From assembly GCA_903842085.1 (NCBI GenBank), contig CAIMLA010000043.1, positions 1,563-65,562 on the forward strand: a stretch of DNA of 64,000 bases, in the 5' to 3' direction. Within the stretch, counting starts at the first letter, position 1; each line of letters begins with the position of its first letter. This DNA is from an uncultured bacterium (lineage in GTDB: Bacteria; Patescibacteriota; CPR2; UBA1875; CAIMLA01). Positions 9,241-21,957 of the stretch are shown here, one piece after another. The translations under genes and the position numbers were made by a program. The notes beneath the pieces are model-generated. The model was given only the letters and a program-made list of their open reading frames with translations, searched no databases and had not been told where the DNA came from.

Positions 9241-12054
9241 ATGCATAACAATATTGTTATTACTGGCGCACGTGAGCATAATTTAAAAAATATAAATGTG
9301 GCTATTCCACGTGATAAGCTGGTCGTAATTACTGGCTTGTCAGGATCTGGCAAATCATCTTTAGCCTTTGATACAATCTATGCCGAAGGTCAAAGACGGT
9401 ATGTCGAGAGTCTCTCAAGTTATGCGCGTCAATTTTTAGGCTTAATGGAAAAGCCTGATGTTGATCAAATCGAAGGTCTTTCGCCAGCAATTTCGATTGA
9501 TCAGAAATCAACGACTAAAAATCCTCGTTCAACTGTTGGCACTGTCACTGAAATATATGATTATTTGAGGTTGCTCTATGCCCGAATTGGTATCCCACAT
9601 TGCCCAATTTGTGGTCGCGAAATTACCAAACAAACAGTTTCACAAATAGTTGAGCAAATATTATCAAAAGACTCGGGAACCAAATTTATGATACTGGCTC
9701 CAATCATTAAGGATAAAAAGGGTGTACATAAATATGTATTTGAAGGTCTAAAAAAGGCTGGCTATGCTCGCGTCAGAGTGGATAATAAAATATTCGATAT
9801 TGATGAAGAGATAACCTTAGATAAAAATAAAAAGCACACCATAGATGCGGTCATTGATCGCTTAATTGTGGGTAGTGAAATTGGCAAACGATTAATTGAA
9901 TCAGTCGAGGCGGCCCTCAATCTGGGTGAAGGAGTGATGATTTATTTTGACAATGATAGTCAAGAAGAGGAAGTCTATTCCCAAAACTTTGCTTGTCCTA
10001 ACTGCCATATTAGCTTGCCCGAGATTTCTCCAAGGAGTTTTTCATTTAATAGTCCTCATGGTGCCTGTCCAGTCTGCACTGGCCTTGGTTCTAGGCTTGA
10101 GATAGACCCAGAACTGGTCGTCCCTAATAAAAAACTGACTATTGCCGAAGGAGCGATTCGGTATTGGAATCGAACAACGGACAAATTAAATTGGTATACC
10201 CGCCTTTTGAAAACAGTCGGCGAGAAATACGACTTTACGGTTGATCAGCCGATCAGTACCATTACGGAAAAATCATTGAATATTATTATGTATGGTAGTG
10301 GAGATGAGCTTTTTAACTTTCAGCTTGGTTCAAGATCTTATGAAGCGACCTATGAAGGCGTTGTGGCCAATCTAGAAAGAAGATATCTAGAAACAGATTC
10401 AGATTATATCCGGAACGAAATTAGAAAATACATGGGCGAGAAAATCTGCCCAAAATGCCAAGGAAAAAGGTTGAAGCCCGAATTTTTGGCCGTTACAATT
10501 GTCGGCCGGTCGATTGTTGATTTGACAAATTATCCAATCAATGAGGCTTTTGATTATTTCAATAAGTTAGAGTTGAGTAGTCGAGACAATAACATCGCAA
10601 AGCAGATTTTGAAGGAGATTAAAGCTCGTCTACGTTTCTTAATAAATGTTGGCCTAGATTATCTAACGCTAGATCGGAGTGCCAGTACCCTCTCTGGTGG
10701 TGAAGCTCAGAGAATCAGACTAGCCACCCAGATTGGATCTTCATTGATGGGGGTAATTTATATCTTAGATGAGCCTTCAATCGGTTTGCATCAGCGCGAT
10801 AATTATCGCCTGATTGATACTCTGAAGAATTTAAGAGATTTGGGAAATACAGTCATAGTTGTTGAACATGATAAAGACACGATGGAAGAAGCCGATTGGT
10901 TGATCGATGTTGGCCCAGGCGCGGGCGAAAAAGGCGGAGAGGTCATTGCGGCTGGGACACCAGATGAAGTAAAAAGGAATCCAAATTCACTTACGGGTCA
11001 ATACCTAAAGGGAGAGAAAAAGATCTTCTGTCCCACGAGTCGGAGAAAGGGAAACGGGAACGAAATAGTTGTGATTGAAGCAGAAGAGAATAATCTTAAA
11101 AAAATAAATGTCCCAATCCCTCTCGGAAAACTGGTCTTAGTGACCGGGGTCTCTGGCTCAGGTAAGTCCAGCCTAGTAAACGATGTTTTGGCTAAAAAGC
11201 TGGCTCAGATCTTTCATCGAGCCCAAGAGCCAGCAGGGAAACATAAAGAGATTATTGGCTTAAAAAATCTAGATAAAGTTATTAATATCGATCAGTCACC
11301 AATTGGCCGAACCCCACGATCTAATCCGGCCACTTATACTAAGGCCTTTGATGACATTAGAGAATTATTTTCGAATGTTCCTGAAGCCAAGATTAGAGGA
11401 TACAAAAAGGGCAGGTTTAGCTTCAATGCAAAGGGGGGCGGGCGTTGTGAAGTCTGCCGAGGTGAGGGGATATTAAAAATTGAAATGCATTTCTTGCCTG
11501 ATGTCTATATCACCTGCGAAGAATGTGGCGGGAAGAGATATAACAAAGAAGCCTTAGAGATACACTATAAGGCGAAAAATATCTCTGATGTTTTGAATAT
11601 GACGGTTGGGGAAGGGTATGAATTTTTTCACAATATTCCTCAAATAAAACGAAAACTAGAAACCCTGGTCGAGGTTGGCTTGGGCTATATTCGGCTCGGT
11701 CAACCAGCCACCACTTTATCTGGTGGCGAAGCTCAAAGAGTTAAACTAGCCTCTGAATTAGCCAGACGTTCTACAGGGAAGACCCTTTATATTTTAGATG
11801 AGCCAACGACGGGACTCCACTTTGATGACGTCAATCGCTTAATGCATGTCTTGAATAAGCTTGTTGATATCGGCAATACCGTTTTAGTGATCGAGCACAA
11901 TCTAGAAGTTATTAAATGTGCCGATTGGATTATCGATCTAGGGCCAGAAGGTGGAAACAAGGGGGGTGAGATTCTGGCGCAGGGAACACCAGAACAATTA
12001 GTTAAAGAAAAAAAATCATATACTGGGCAATATCTGTCTAAAGTTTTAGCCTAA
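9241..12054 (+). CDS. uvrA: Excinuclease ABC subunit A
   Basis: Two ABC modules ([10 protein letters not shown] and [10 protein letters not shown]), two LSGGEAQR signatures and Cys-rich zinc fingers. Confidence 0.95.
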   Translation: MHNNIVITGAREHNLKNINVAIPRDKLVVITGLSGSGKSSLAFDTIYAEGQRRYVESLSSYARQFLGLMEKPDVDQIEGLSPAISIDQKSTTKNPRSTVGTVTEIYDYLRLLYARIGIPHCPICGREITKQTVSQIVEQILSKDSGTKFMILAPIIKDKKGVHKYVFEGLKKAGYARVRVDNKIFDIDEEITLDKNKKHTIDAVIDRLIVGSEIGKRLIESVEAALNLGEGVMIYFDNDSQEEEVYSQNFACPNCHISLPEISPRSFSFNSPHGACPVCTGLGSRLEIDPELVVPNKKLTIAEGAIRYWNRTTDKLNWYTRLLKTVGEKYDFTVDQPISTITEKSLNIIMYGSGDELFNFQLGSRSYEATYEGVVANLERRYLETDSDYIRNEIRKYMGEKICPKCQGKRLKPEFLAVTIVGRSIVDLTNYPINEAFDYFNKLELSSRDNNIAKQILKEIKARLRFLINVGLDYLTLDRSASTLSGGEAQRIRLATQIGSSLMGVIYILDEPSIGLHQRDNYRLIDTLKNLRDLGNTVIVVEHDKDTMEEADWLIDVGPGAGEKGGEVIAAGTPDEVKRNPNSLTGQYLKGEKKIFCPTSRRKGNGNEIVVIEAEENNLKKINVPIPLGKLVLVTGVSGSGKSSLVNDVLAKKLAQIFHRAQEPAGKHKEIIGLKNLDKVINIDQSPIGRTPRSNPATYTKAFDDIRELFSNVPEAKIRGYKKGRFSFNAKGGGRCEVCRGEGILKIEMHFLPDVYITCEECGGKRYNKEALEIHYKAKNISDVLNMTVGEGYEFFHNIPQIKRKLETLVEVGLGYIRLGQPATTLSGGEAQRVKLASELARRSTGKTLYILDEPTTGLHFDDVNRLMHVLNKLVDIGNTVLVIEHNLEVIKCADWIIDLGPEGGNKGGEILAQGTPEQLVKEKKSYTGQYLSKVLA

Positions 12055-12058
12055 GACT

Positions 12059-13486
12059 ATGGATCCATTGAACAAAAATATTGTTCAAAAGATAAAGAAT
12101 CTCCCTCAGACACCTGGAGTCTACATCTTTCGTAATGAGAAAAGAAAGGTTATTTATGTTGGCAAGGCGATCAAGCTGAAGACTAGGGTTGGGAGCTATT
12201 TCCAAAATAAAAACCATGACATCAAAACTCAAAAATTGATAGAAAAAATTGCTGATTTAGAATATCTCAATTGTGCTTCCGAGATCGAGGCGCTAGTCGT
12301 AGAATCAGAGCTGATCAAACGCTATAAGCCTAGATATAATATCATCTGGAAAGATGATAAAAATTATTCATATATTAAAATTACGGGTGAGGCTTATCCG
12401 AGGGTTTTTGTGGTTAGAGATACCTCTGATGCCGAGAGTCAATATATCGGACCTTTTGTCGATGCGGTTGCTCTAAAAAATTCTCTCAAGCATATCCGTA
12501 AAATATTTCCTTTTTGTACTTGTTATAAGCCGAAGGACCAGGTTTGCCTATATTATCATCTAAAACTTTGTCTTGGACACGGGGAGGAAGCGAAGAAAAA
12601 AGAATATGGGAAGAACATAAAAGCGCTCTCTCGATTTTTTTCTGGGGACACCGCTAAAATTATTGCTGATTTAAAAAAAGAGATGAAGCTATCGGCCCAA
12701 AACCAAGACTTTGAGGCTGCTGCTAGAGCGAGGGATCGATTATTAAATTTAGAAAACCTCAAATATGTTCCGATAGAGAGCCAGAATCACGATCAAATGC
12801 ACGATCAAGCCTTAATTGACCTACAAATTATGACCGGCTTGGATAAAATGCCGAAGCGGATCGAATGTTTCGATATTTCGCATATCTCGGGGCATTTACC
12901 GGTTGGCTCAATGGTCGTTTTTACCAATGGTTTGCCAGATAAAAATAGCTATCGGAGATTTAAGATAAAAGGGGTTAAGCAGATTGATGATTTTGCGATG
13001 TTGAATGAAGCGGTTGGAAGAAGATTGAAAAATCTTGATCGTAAAAAGGACAAGTCGTTTGAGCTAAATCCAGATTTAATTATCATAGATGGCGGGAAAG
13101 GTCAACTTTCAACGATTATGAAATCATACCAGAGCCAATACCCATCAATTTGTTTTCTCTCAATCGCGAAAAAAAATGAGGAGCTCTATCTCTCTAGAAA
13201 TAACCGGATCGAGAAACTCCCCTTGATTGAAAATTCTCAAACAATGTTTCTCTTGCAGAGAATTAGAGATGAAGCCCATAGATTTGCCATTACCTACCAT
13301 CGCCACCTCCGGAAAAATGAAATAACAACCTCGGCCCTTGATTTAATTCCAGGAGTCGGTCCAAAAACAAAACGAGCGCTTCTCAAAAAGTTTGGTACAA
13401 TTGAGGGAATCAAAAGCGCTGACCTTTCGGAAATAGCGATATTGGTCGGCCTAAAAAAGGGGGAAAGGATCAAGGAAAATTTATGA
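12059..13486 (+). CDS. uvrC: Excinuclease ABC subunit C (short form, 475 aa)
   Basis: GIY-YIG N-terminus (PGVYIFRNEKRKVIYVGKA), a UvrBC-interaction motif (AAARARDRL), an RNase H-like endonuclease region and a C-terminal HhH (IPGVGPKTKRALLKKFG). Confidence 0.85.
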   Translation: MDPLNKNIVQKIKNLPQTPGVYIFRNEKRKVIYVGKAIKLKTRVGSYFQNKNHDIKTQKLIEKIADLEYLNCASEIEALVVESELIKRYKPRYNIIWKDDKNYSYIKITGEAYPRVFVVRDTSDAESQYIGPFVDAVALKNSLKHIRKIFPFCTCYKPKDQVCLYYHLKLCLGHGEEAKKKEYGKNIKALSRFFSGDTAKIIADLKKEMKLSAQNQDFEAAARARDRLLNLENLKYVPIESQNHDQMHDQALIDLQIMTGLDKMPKRIECFDISHISGHLPVGSMVVFTNGLPDKNSYRRFKIKGVKQIDDFAMLNEAVGRRLKNLDRKKDKSFELNPDLIIIDGGKGQLSTIMKSYQSQYPSICFLSIAKKNEELYLSRNNRIEKLPLIENSQTMFLLQRIRDEAHRFAITYHRHLRKNEITTSALDLIPGVGPKTKRALLKKFGTIEGIKSADLSEIAILVGLKKGERIKENL

Positions 13487-14409
13487 AAAAAGTTGTGGCA
13501 ATAGGTGGCGGCTCCGGACTGTCAACCATCTTGAGAGCGATCCGTGACTACCCGATAGAGATTACGGCCATCGTCACGATGACTGATGATGGTCAGAGTA
13601 CTGGTCGTTTGCGTAAAGACTTTAATCTCTTACCACCTGGCGATATTAGAAAGTGCATTGCGGCATTGTCAGATAATGAGGATATCCTTCTTGACCTTTG
13701 GCAATACCGGTTCAAAAAAGGGGTCGGTTTGAAAGGGCACTCTTTGGGAAATCTTATCATCAGTGCGGCTCAGGATTTGTATAACGGCAGCTTTGAAAAG
13801 GCCATAGAAGGGATGTGTGATCTTTTCTCGACTCGAGGCAAGGTTCTCCCCTCTACGCTTGAAGATGTCAACCTCTTAGCTACTTTTAGGGATGGAAAGA
13901 AAATAAAAGGGGAATCTAAAATAAGAAAATATGGCTATAAGGAACAAATAGAGCGACTTTATATTGACGGAAAGGTAAAAGCCAATCCAAAAGCTCTTAT
14001 TGCCATAGAAAAAGCAGATTATATCTTGATTGGACCCGGAAGTCTTTACACGAGTATTATTCCCAACTTTTTATTACCAGAGATTGTCAGAGCCTACAGT
14101 CTTTCGAAAGCAAAAAAATATTATATCTGCAATGTTTCAACTGAGAGAGGCGAGACAGAAGGTTATACTAGTCTTGACCACATTAGAGCTTTGGAGCAAT
14201 ACCAAATATTTGTCGATCTAGTTTTGGTTAACAGCAAAAAATTTAGAAAAGGCTCGGGAGATGGCTATGTCATCCCAGTCTCCTTGGGGGCAAAAACTAG
14301 AGACTTATATCATATTTCGGAAAACGATTTAGTCAGCCAGGCTAATCCTCTTTATCATGACGTCGATAAACTTGGTCAAGTGATTTGGCAGTTAATCATT
14401 AAGAGATAG
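13483..14409 (+). CDS. YvcK/gluconeogenesis-factor family protein (UPF0052, CofD-like)
   Basis: N-terminus VVAIGGGSGLSTILRAIRDY is typical of YvcK. It overlaps the uvrC stop by 4 nt. Confidence 0.8.
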   Translation: MKKVVAIGGGSGLSTILRAIRDYPIEITAIVTMTDDGQSTGRLRKDFNLLPPGDIRKCIAALSDNEDILLDLWQYRFKKGVGLKGHSLGNLIISAAQDLYNGSFEKAIEGMCDLFSTRGKVLPSTLEDVNLLATFRDGKKIKGESKIRKYGYKEQIERLYIDGKVKANPKALIAIEKADYILIGPGSLYTSIIPNFLLPEIVRAYSLSKAKKYYICNVSTERGETEGYTSLDHIRALEQYQIFVDLVLVNSKKFRKGSGDGYVIPVSLGAKTRDLYHISENDLVSQANPLYHDVDKLGQVIWQLIIKR

Positions 14410-14466
14410 TTAGCTTTTCTTTTTGTTCGTTTTGTAGTAAAATAAGCGGGCAAAAGAAAGGGAAAA

Positions 14467-14685
14467 ATGCGAACGATTGTAACTATAGTTTTACTCGTGG
14501 CCGCCTTCTTGCTAATCGCCGCGGTTTTGTTGCAGCAGAAGGGAAGCGGTCTCTCAGGTATATTTGGAGGAGATAGTGCTTCATATCTGACAAAAAGAGG
14601 AGCTGAAAAGTTTCTAACAATTTTTACGGTTTTGTCAGCGGCTATTTTTATAGCCTCAGCTCTATCGTTATTAATTATTAAATAA
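14467..14685 (+). CDS. secG: Preprotein translocase subunit SecG
   Basis: 72 aa with two TM segments and the LLQQKGSGLSGIFGG motif. Confidence 0.75.
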   Translation: MRTIVTIVLLVAAFLLIAAVLLQQKGSGLSGIFGGDSASYLTKRGAEKFLTIFTVLSAAIFIASALSLLIIK

Positions 14686-16445
14686 TGAAAACTCGCAGAG
14701 TTGGTATTAAGCTTCGCTTGGTGCTGAAAAAATTCTATCTAGACCTCAAGCAAACCCATTTAAAAGATTTACGTAATGGTTTTTTTCATTACCTGAAGAA
14801 ACTTCCAGATATTATCCATTTAAAGAATATGATCTTAGTGATTATTATTCTCTCAGGGGTAACTTTGATAATGTTTTTTCAAAGATTCTCGGCCCTTGGA
14901 CAATATTTTGAAGTGAGAACGCCGAGTTATGGTGGCACCTATACAGAAGGCGTTATCGGCCAAATTGATAAAATAAATCCACTTTTTATTAATAGTGAAG
15001 CTGAGGCATCAGCGAACAAATTGGTCTTTTCAGGCCTAGTAAAAGTAATGCCAAATGACGTCATAACGCCTGATTTAGCGGAGAGTTGGACTGTTCAGGA
15101 AGAAGGTAAAGTCTATACTTTTAAGTTAAGGAAAAACCTTAAATGGCATGATAACAAAGAAGTCACCGCTGACGATATTCTCTTTACCATAGATTTAATC
15201 CAAAATCCTGATACCAGAACTAGTCTAAACGCCGTGTGGCAAAATGTTGAAGTGGTTAAAAATAATAAATATGAAGTAAAATTCACTTTGCCAAATAATT
15301 ATAGTGATTTTTTAAGAGTGGCAGCACAGCCGATCTTGCCGCAACATTTATTAAAAGACACCGATCCGAGCAGTATCAAGGTGGCTGAGTTTAATACAAA
15401 GCCGATTGGCTCAGGCCCTTACAAATTTACTCGTTTTGACCAAACGGGAGAGGAAACGATCGCAATCTTTGATGCAAATGGGAATTACTATCCTCACAAA
15501 CCATATATCAATAAAGTACGCCTGAGATTGTACGAAAATTTTTCCGATCTATATTCTGCCGTCCTTCGAAAACAAGTTAATGGCATCAGCCAGATCCCAT
15601 ATAACAAAATTGATGCGATGAAGAATATAGGTTCACTCAACGCTTATAATCAATATTTGCCTCGATATAAGGTCTTGCTTTTTAATTTAAAGAACGAACT
15701 CTTGGCGAATGCGGAAATCCGACAAGCGCTTTCAAAAGCGATTAATAGAAGCGAGATAATCGCGAAAGGGTTAGACGACAAAGCTATGCCAGTTTACGCC
15801 CCAATTCTTCCTGGCAAAGAAGGCTATGATAAAAAGTTAAACACCAATCTTTTTGATGTCAACAAAGCCAACGAAGAACTTGATAAAGCCGGTTGGATCA
15901 AGGGAAAGAACGGAATTAGAGAAAAAGACGGGAAAAAATTATCTTTCAAATTGGTGGTCAATGATGACGATGAAGGTAAAAAGGTTGGTGAAATCATAAA
16001 AACCGAATTTGAGAAAATAGGAGTAGACACAAATTTAATTGTATCAGACAAAGATCTCTTCCAGGCAGATTATATTAGACCAAGAAACTTTGATCTGGTT
16101 ATCGTTGGTCAAAACGTTGGCACCACGACTGATTTATACAGCTTCTGGCATTCGTCTCAAGTAAACGACCCAGGGCTCAACTTGAGTGGCTTAAAAGATC
16201 GAAAGATTGATAAGCTTATTGAACTTGGGAGAAAGAGTAACGATAAAAAATATCGGGATGACAAATATCGACAAGCTCAGGAAGCGATCATGTCAGTGTC
16301 ACCAGCGGTCTACCTTTATGACCCAATCTACTCTTTTGCGGTCACAAAAAATATTAAAGGGTTTGACCAAGGCAAAATTACGACCCCAGTTGATCATTTG
16401 AATGATATTTCGAACTGGTATGTCTACGACAAAGTTAAAAATTAA
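14685..16445 (+). CDS. ABC transporter substrate-binding protein, family 5 (oligopeptide/nickel type), membrane-anchored
   Basis: N-terminal TM segment followed by the SBP_bac_5-like motifs YTFKLRKNLKWHDN and LVIVGQN...SFWHS. No permease or ATPase genes are adjacent. Confidence 0.75.
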   Translation: MKTRRVGIKLRLVLKKFYLDLKQTHLKDLRNGFFHYLKKLPDIIHLKNMILVIIILSGVTLIMFFQRFSALGQYFEVRTPSYGGTYTEGVIGQIDKINPLFINSEAEASANKLVFSGLVKVMPNDVITPDLAESWTVQEEGKVYTFKLRKNLKWHDNKEVTADDILFTIDLIQNPDTRTSLNAVWQNVEVVKNNKYEVKFTLPNNYSDFLRVAAQPILPQHLLKDTDPSSIKVAEFNTKPIGSGPYKFTRFDQTGEETIAIFDANGNYYPHKPYINKVRLRLYENFSDLYSAVLRKQVNGISQIPYNKIDAMKNIGSLNAYNQYLPRYKVLLFNLKNELLANAEIRQALSKAINRSEIIAKGLDDKAMPVYAPILPGKEGYDKKLNTNLFDVNKANEELDKAGWIKGKNGIREKDGKKLSFKLVVNDDDEGKKVGEIIKTEFEKIGVDTNLIVSDKDLFQADYIRPRNFDLVIVGQNVGTTTDLYSFWHSSQVNDPGLNLSGLKDRKIDKLIELGRKSNDKKYRDDKYRQAQEAIMSVSPAVYLYDPIYSFAVTKNIKGFDQGKITTPVDHLNDISNWYVYDKVKN

Positions 16446-16465
16446 TCTTTAATTTGATAGGTAAG

Positions 16466-16492
16466 AAAAAACTCCATAACTATGGAGTTTTT
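16466..16492 (+). terminator. Intrinsic terminator after the SBP gene
   Basis: ctccata-ac-tatggag hairpin followed by tttttt. Confidence 0.5.
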
Positions 16493-16579
16493 TGGTGCCC
16501 GAGGCGGGACTCGAACCCGCAAGATGTCACCACCAACGGATTTTAAGTCCGTCGCGTATACCAATTCCGCCACCCGGGC
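16493..16579 (-). tRNA. tRNA-Leu (anticodon UAA)
   Basis: Reverse-complement folds as a cloverleaf with anticodon loop cuUAAaa, a long variable arm and an encoded 3' CCA. Confidence 0.85.
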
Positions 16580-16624
16580 ATTAGATTTAAGCAAAACCAA
16601 ACGAATCAGGAAGCCCCATCAATC

Positions 16625-16699
16625 TGGAGGCCTCGCCCGGAATTGAACCGGGGTGAACGGTTTTGCAGACCGCTGCGTAAACCACTCCGCCACGAGGCC
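16625..16699 (-). tRNA. tRNA-Cys (anticodon GCA)
   Basis: Reverse-complement is ggcctcgtggcggagtgg...cuGCAaa...ggttcaattcc...cca. Confidence 0.85.
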
Positions 16700-16706
16700 A
16701 TTTATA

Positions 16707-16782
16707 TGGAGCGAGAGACGGGGCTCGAACCCGCGACCTCAACCTTGGCAAGGTTGCGCTCTACCAGCTAAGCTACTCTCGC
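16707..16782 (-). tRNA. tRNA-Gly (anticodon GCC)
   Basis: Reverse-complement is gcgagagtagcttagctggtagagc...ttGCCaa...ggttcgagcc...cca. Confidence 0.85.
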
Positions 16783-16819
16783 AAACACACGTGGACTAGA
16801 TTACGTCGAGATTGATTTA

Positions 16820-16895
<76 letters not shown>

Positions 16896-16963
16896 TTATT
16901 TTCTTTTTCTTCTTACTAAGATTCTTCTGGCGATAAATAACGTCCAGATCAATCTTGGTAAAA

Positions 16964-17040
16964 TGGTGGGCGATGGGGGATTCGAACCCGCGACCTCCTC
17001 GGTGTAAACGAGATGCTCTAACCAGCTGAGCTAATCGCCC
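16964..17040 (-). tRNA. tRNA-Val (anticodon UAC)
   Basis: Reverse-complement is gggcgattagctcagctggttagagc...ttUACac...ggttcgaatcc...cca. Confidence 0.85.
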
Positions 17041-17077
17041 CGATATCAATGTTCAATTGACTCGTATCCCTTAACTT

Positions 17078-17164
17078 TGGTGCGGACGAGAGGACTTGAA
17101 CCTCCAAGACCTTTCGGTCACTAGCACCTCATGCTAGCGCGTATACCAATTCCGCCACGTCCGC
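17078..17164 (-). tRNA. tRNA-Leu (anticodon GAG)
   Basis: Reverse-complement is gcggacgtggcggaattggta...atGAGgt, with a long variable arm, ...ggttcaagtcc...cca. Confidence 0.85.
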
Positions 17165-17197
17165 TTGGTATAAAAAAAGCGTGCCAAGCGCTCAAAT

Positions 17198-17226
17198 ATT
17201 ATAGAATTATAAGAGGGATAAGTCAA
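17198..17226 (-). promoter_or_regulatory. Consensus sigma70-like promoter (TTGACT-17-TATAAT) for the six-tRNA cluster
   Basis: Minus-strand reading is TTGACTtatccctcttataattcTATAAT. A short hairpin plus T-run (17170-17192) lies between the promoter and the first tRNA. Confidence 0.4.
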
Positions 17227-17275
17227 TCTCAAATCTCTATCAAAAATTATATAAAAGTTGTATAATGATCAAGCA

Positions 17276-17749
17276 ATGCCAAATGAAGAAAACAAAGAGA
17301 CGCTAGGTGTAAATCTATCAAATGATTTTCAGCAAGAGCTTAAAAACAAGAAGCGGAAAGTCAATTGGCTTGGTGTAGTTAGTGCAACTTCTCTGGCCGT
17401 AATCGTCATTGTGGTTCTGGGCCTTGGATCTTATGAAATCTTTTTTAAGAAAGAATCAATCAAGCAGGATGCCGACACAAAGATAGAATCAAAACCAGTC
17501 GCAACCGATGAAAAAGCGAGTAGTGAGCCTGAGACAGAGGAGAAAACGACTGCGACCACTCCAGCGCCAACCCCAGCTCCAGCTCCGACCGCTCCATCAA
17601 CGACACAAGAATATGTTATTGCTGATGGTGATAACCTTGGTGCAATTGCGGTCAAATTTGAGACTACCGTCGAAAAGTTGAAAGCGGCAAATAATATTCA
17701 AGATGAAACATTGCTACAAATAGGACAAAAGATTAAAATAGTTAAGTAA
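17276..17749 (+). CDS. LysM domain protein with N-terminal TM anchor and Pro/Ala/Thr-rich linker
   Basis: C-terminal LysM motif YVIADGDNLGAIAVKFETTVEKLKAANNI. The start was moved to ATG 17276; the track's TTG 17258 overlaps a TTGTATAAT -10-like box. Confidence 0.75.
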   Translation: MPNEENKETLGVNLSNDFQQELKNKKRKVNWLGVVSATSLAVIVIVVLGLGSYEIFFKKESIKQDADTKIESKPVATDEKASSEPETEEKTTATTPAPTPAPAPTAPSTTQEYVIADGDNLGAIAVKFETTVEKLKAANNIQDETLLQIGQKIKIVK

Positions 17750-17762
17750 GAAAGGAGAACAT

Positions 17763-18308
17763 ATGTTTATGTGGATTATTTTAGGGATTATCGTGCTAGT
17801 CGCGGTTTTTGTGATTATTACTTATAACGGACTGATCAAGCTGAAAAATAGAGTTCAAGAGGCCGATAGTGATATTGACGTACAATTGAAAAGACGTTAC
17901 GAATTGATCCCGAATTTGATTGAGACAGTCAAAGGCTATGCTAAGCATGAGAAAGAATTATTTGAAAAAGTCACTAAAGAACGATCTAGTCTTGTCACGG
18001 GTTCTACTGCTGAAAAGGTCGAGGCGAGCAACGCTTTAACCGACACCCTTAAGTCTATCTTTGCTGTAGCAGAAAACTATCCAGAGCTGAAAGCAAATCA
18101 GAACTTTTTACAGCTGCAAACCGATCTAACAGATACTCAAGATAAGATTATGGCGGCTCAGAGATTCTACAATGGAAACGTTCGTGACTTTAACACAAAA
18201 CTTCAAGTTTTCCCAACAAATCTTTATGCAAAGATGCTAGGTTTTAGCGAATTTGGCTTTATTGAAGCTGGAGAAACTGAGAAAAAGAACGTCGAAGTAA
18301 AGTTCTAA
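17763..18308 (+). CDS. LemA family protein
   Basis: N-terminal TM segment and the LemA motif NGLIKLKNRVQEADSDIDVQLKRRYELIPNL. Confidence 0.85.
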   Translation: MFMWIILGIIVLVAVFVIITYNGLIKLKNRVQEADSDIDVQLKRRYELIPNLIETVKGYAKHEKELFEKVTKERSSLVTGSTAEKVEASNALTDTLKSIFAVAENYPELKANQNFLQLQTDLTDTQDKIMAAQRFYNGNVRDFNTKLQVFPTNLYAKMLGFSEFGFIEAGETEKKNVEVKF

Positions 18309-18314
18309 TTTATC

Positions 18315-19208
18315 ATGGCAACGGCCTATACTTACGCAAACTCTAATAAAAGAAAGACATGGTTTTGGCTAATTGGCTTTGTCCTTTTTGTGATCGTTGT
18401 CGGGTACATCTTTAGTCGAGCCCTAGATATGCCGTGGATATTGCCTTTGGCGGTCACAATTGCAATCATTCAGTCGGGGCTTTCATACTGGAGCAGCGAT
18501 AAAATTGTCCTATCAATCTCTAGGGCAAAAGAAATAGATAAAACCACAAACCAAACTCTATTTCGTTTAGTTGAAAATCTGTCCATCGCTTCTGGCTTAC
18601 CGATGCCCAAAATATATATCATTGATGATAGTGCTCCAAATGCCTTTGCGACAGGGAGAGATCCAAAGCATGCGGTTATTTGTGTTACAACCGGCCTATT
18701 GAACAAGCTTGATAAACAAGAGCTTGAAGGGGTCTTGGCTCATGAGTTTTCTCATATTGGAAATTATGACATTAGGCTCCAAACGATTATTGTTATTTTG
18801 GTTGGGTTAATCGCTCTCTTGGCGGATTGGTTTGTTTATTTGCGGTTTTTTGGCGGTGACGATGACAACGGAAATTGGGTATTTGTTTTAATTGGCTTTG
18901 CTCTCGCTTTGCTCTCTCCTTTGGTAGCATCTTTGATTCAACTTGCCATTTCTAGGAAAAGAGAGTTTCTGGCTGATGCGGATGGGGCTTTGCTCACTAG
19001 GAACCCTGACGGTTTGGCAAGAGCCTTGGAAGACATCTCAAAAGATAAAGAGCCGCTCGAGGTCGCGAATAAAGCCACGGCTCATTTATATATCACAAAT
19101 CCACTCAAAGATCAGACCGATTCTAAAAAAAGTCGGTTTTCTGGGCTTTTTGATACTCATCCACCAATTGAGGAGCGAGTGAAAGCCTTGCGTGACATGG
19201 CCTTATAA
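18315..19208 (+). CDS. htpX: HtpX-like M48 zinc metalloprotease
   Basis: HEFSHIGNYD contains the HExxH motif and there are four TM segments. The LemA-HtpX gene pair is a common arrangement. Confidence 0.85.
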   Translation: MATAYTYANSNKRKTWFWLIGFVLFVIVVGYIFSRALDMPWILPLAVTIAIIQSGLSYWSSDKIVLSISRAKEIDKTTNQTLFRLVENLSIASGLPMPKIYIIDDSAPNAFATGRDPKHAVICVTTGLLNKLDKQELEGVLAHEFSHIGNYDIRLQTIIVILVGLIALLADWFVYLRFFGGDDDNGNWVFVLIGFALALLSPLVASLIQLAISRKREFLADADGALLTRNPDGLARALEDISKDKEPLEVANKATAHLYITNPLKDQTDSKKSRFSGLFDTHPPIEERVKALRDMAL

Positions 19209-19232
19209 CGTTTTTTAAATAAAAGGGGTAAA

Positions 19233-19913
19233 ATGGAAGAAACTAAAGAAAAAGTGAATTTAAGAAGATTAGTCATCACGATTGTTTTGGTCTTGATAAC
19301 CGCGATCGTGGTCGGTGGTTTGGTTTGGTTTTTGATGGATAGGCAAGCAAAGCAAACGCAGTCAGATAATGAAAAGTCACTTAAAGAGTTAGAAAACACT
19401 ATCGGAAAGACAAAGACACAAGAAAATGAACCCGAAACGGTGGTTACGGATGAGTTTGCATCTTGGAAAACTTTCTATGGACCTGGCTTCACCATAAAAT
19501 ATCCGGGGGAGTGGAAAATTGAAGAAAACTCAACGAATACCAACTTAGTATTCGCAAAAACAAACGTAGTTTTTACTAATATACCAAAAAATTATTCCAT
19601 ATCATTAAATTATGGAGAATTATATGGACGTGGTGGGTCATGTGTTATGCGAAACATAAATTATGAAGCTAAAGAAGTTGTAAATAAAATCGTATTAGAA
19701 CCAAAGGGTGACATTTCAACTGTTTCCTTACCTGACGGCGAGATGTGTGGTGGCCAAGTCCTAAAAGGATTTGTTATTTCTACAAACTGGTTTAATTACA
19801 GCAATAAAGAATTATTTGGCTATTCATATGGCGCGAGTAGTGATAAATCGCTCTCAGACGAAGCAAATGTATATTTTAAAAAAATAATCGAAACTTTGTC
19901 TAAATCTTCGTGA
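19233..19913 (+). CDS. Hypothetical membrane-anchored protein (paralog family member B)
   Basis: N-terminal TM segment. The ectodomain motif WKTFYGPGFTIKYPGEWK and the C-terminus FKKIIETLSKS are shared with ORFs 5800 and 46396. Confidence 0.55.
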   Translation: MEETKEKVNLRRLVITIVLVLITAIVVGGLVWFLMDRQAKQTQSDNEKSLKELENTIGKTKTQENEPETVVTDEFASWKTFYGPGFTIKYPGEWKIEENSTNTNLVFAKTNVVFTNIPKNYSISLNYGELYGRGGSCVMRNINYEAKEVVNKIVLEPKGDISTVSLPDGEMCGGQVLKGFVISTNWFNYSNKELFGYSYGASSDKSLSDEANVYFKKIIETLSKSS

Positions 19914-19923
19914 AGGAATAAAG

Positions 19924-19951
19924 AAAAAAGGCCTGATCTGGGGCCTTTTTT
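19924..19951 (+). terminator. Intrinsic terminator (aaaaaaggcc...ggcctttttt)
   Basis: Perfect inverted repeat with an 8-nt loop and a T-run. It is immediately followed by TGaTATAAT. Confidence 0.55.
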
Positions 19952-19953
19952 GA

Positions 19954-21954
<2,001 letters not shown>

Positions 21955-21957
21955 TTC

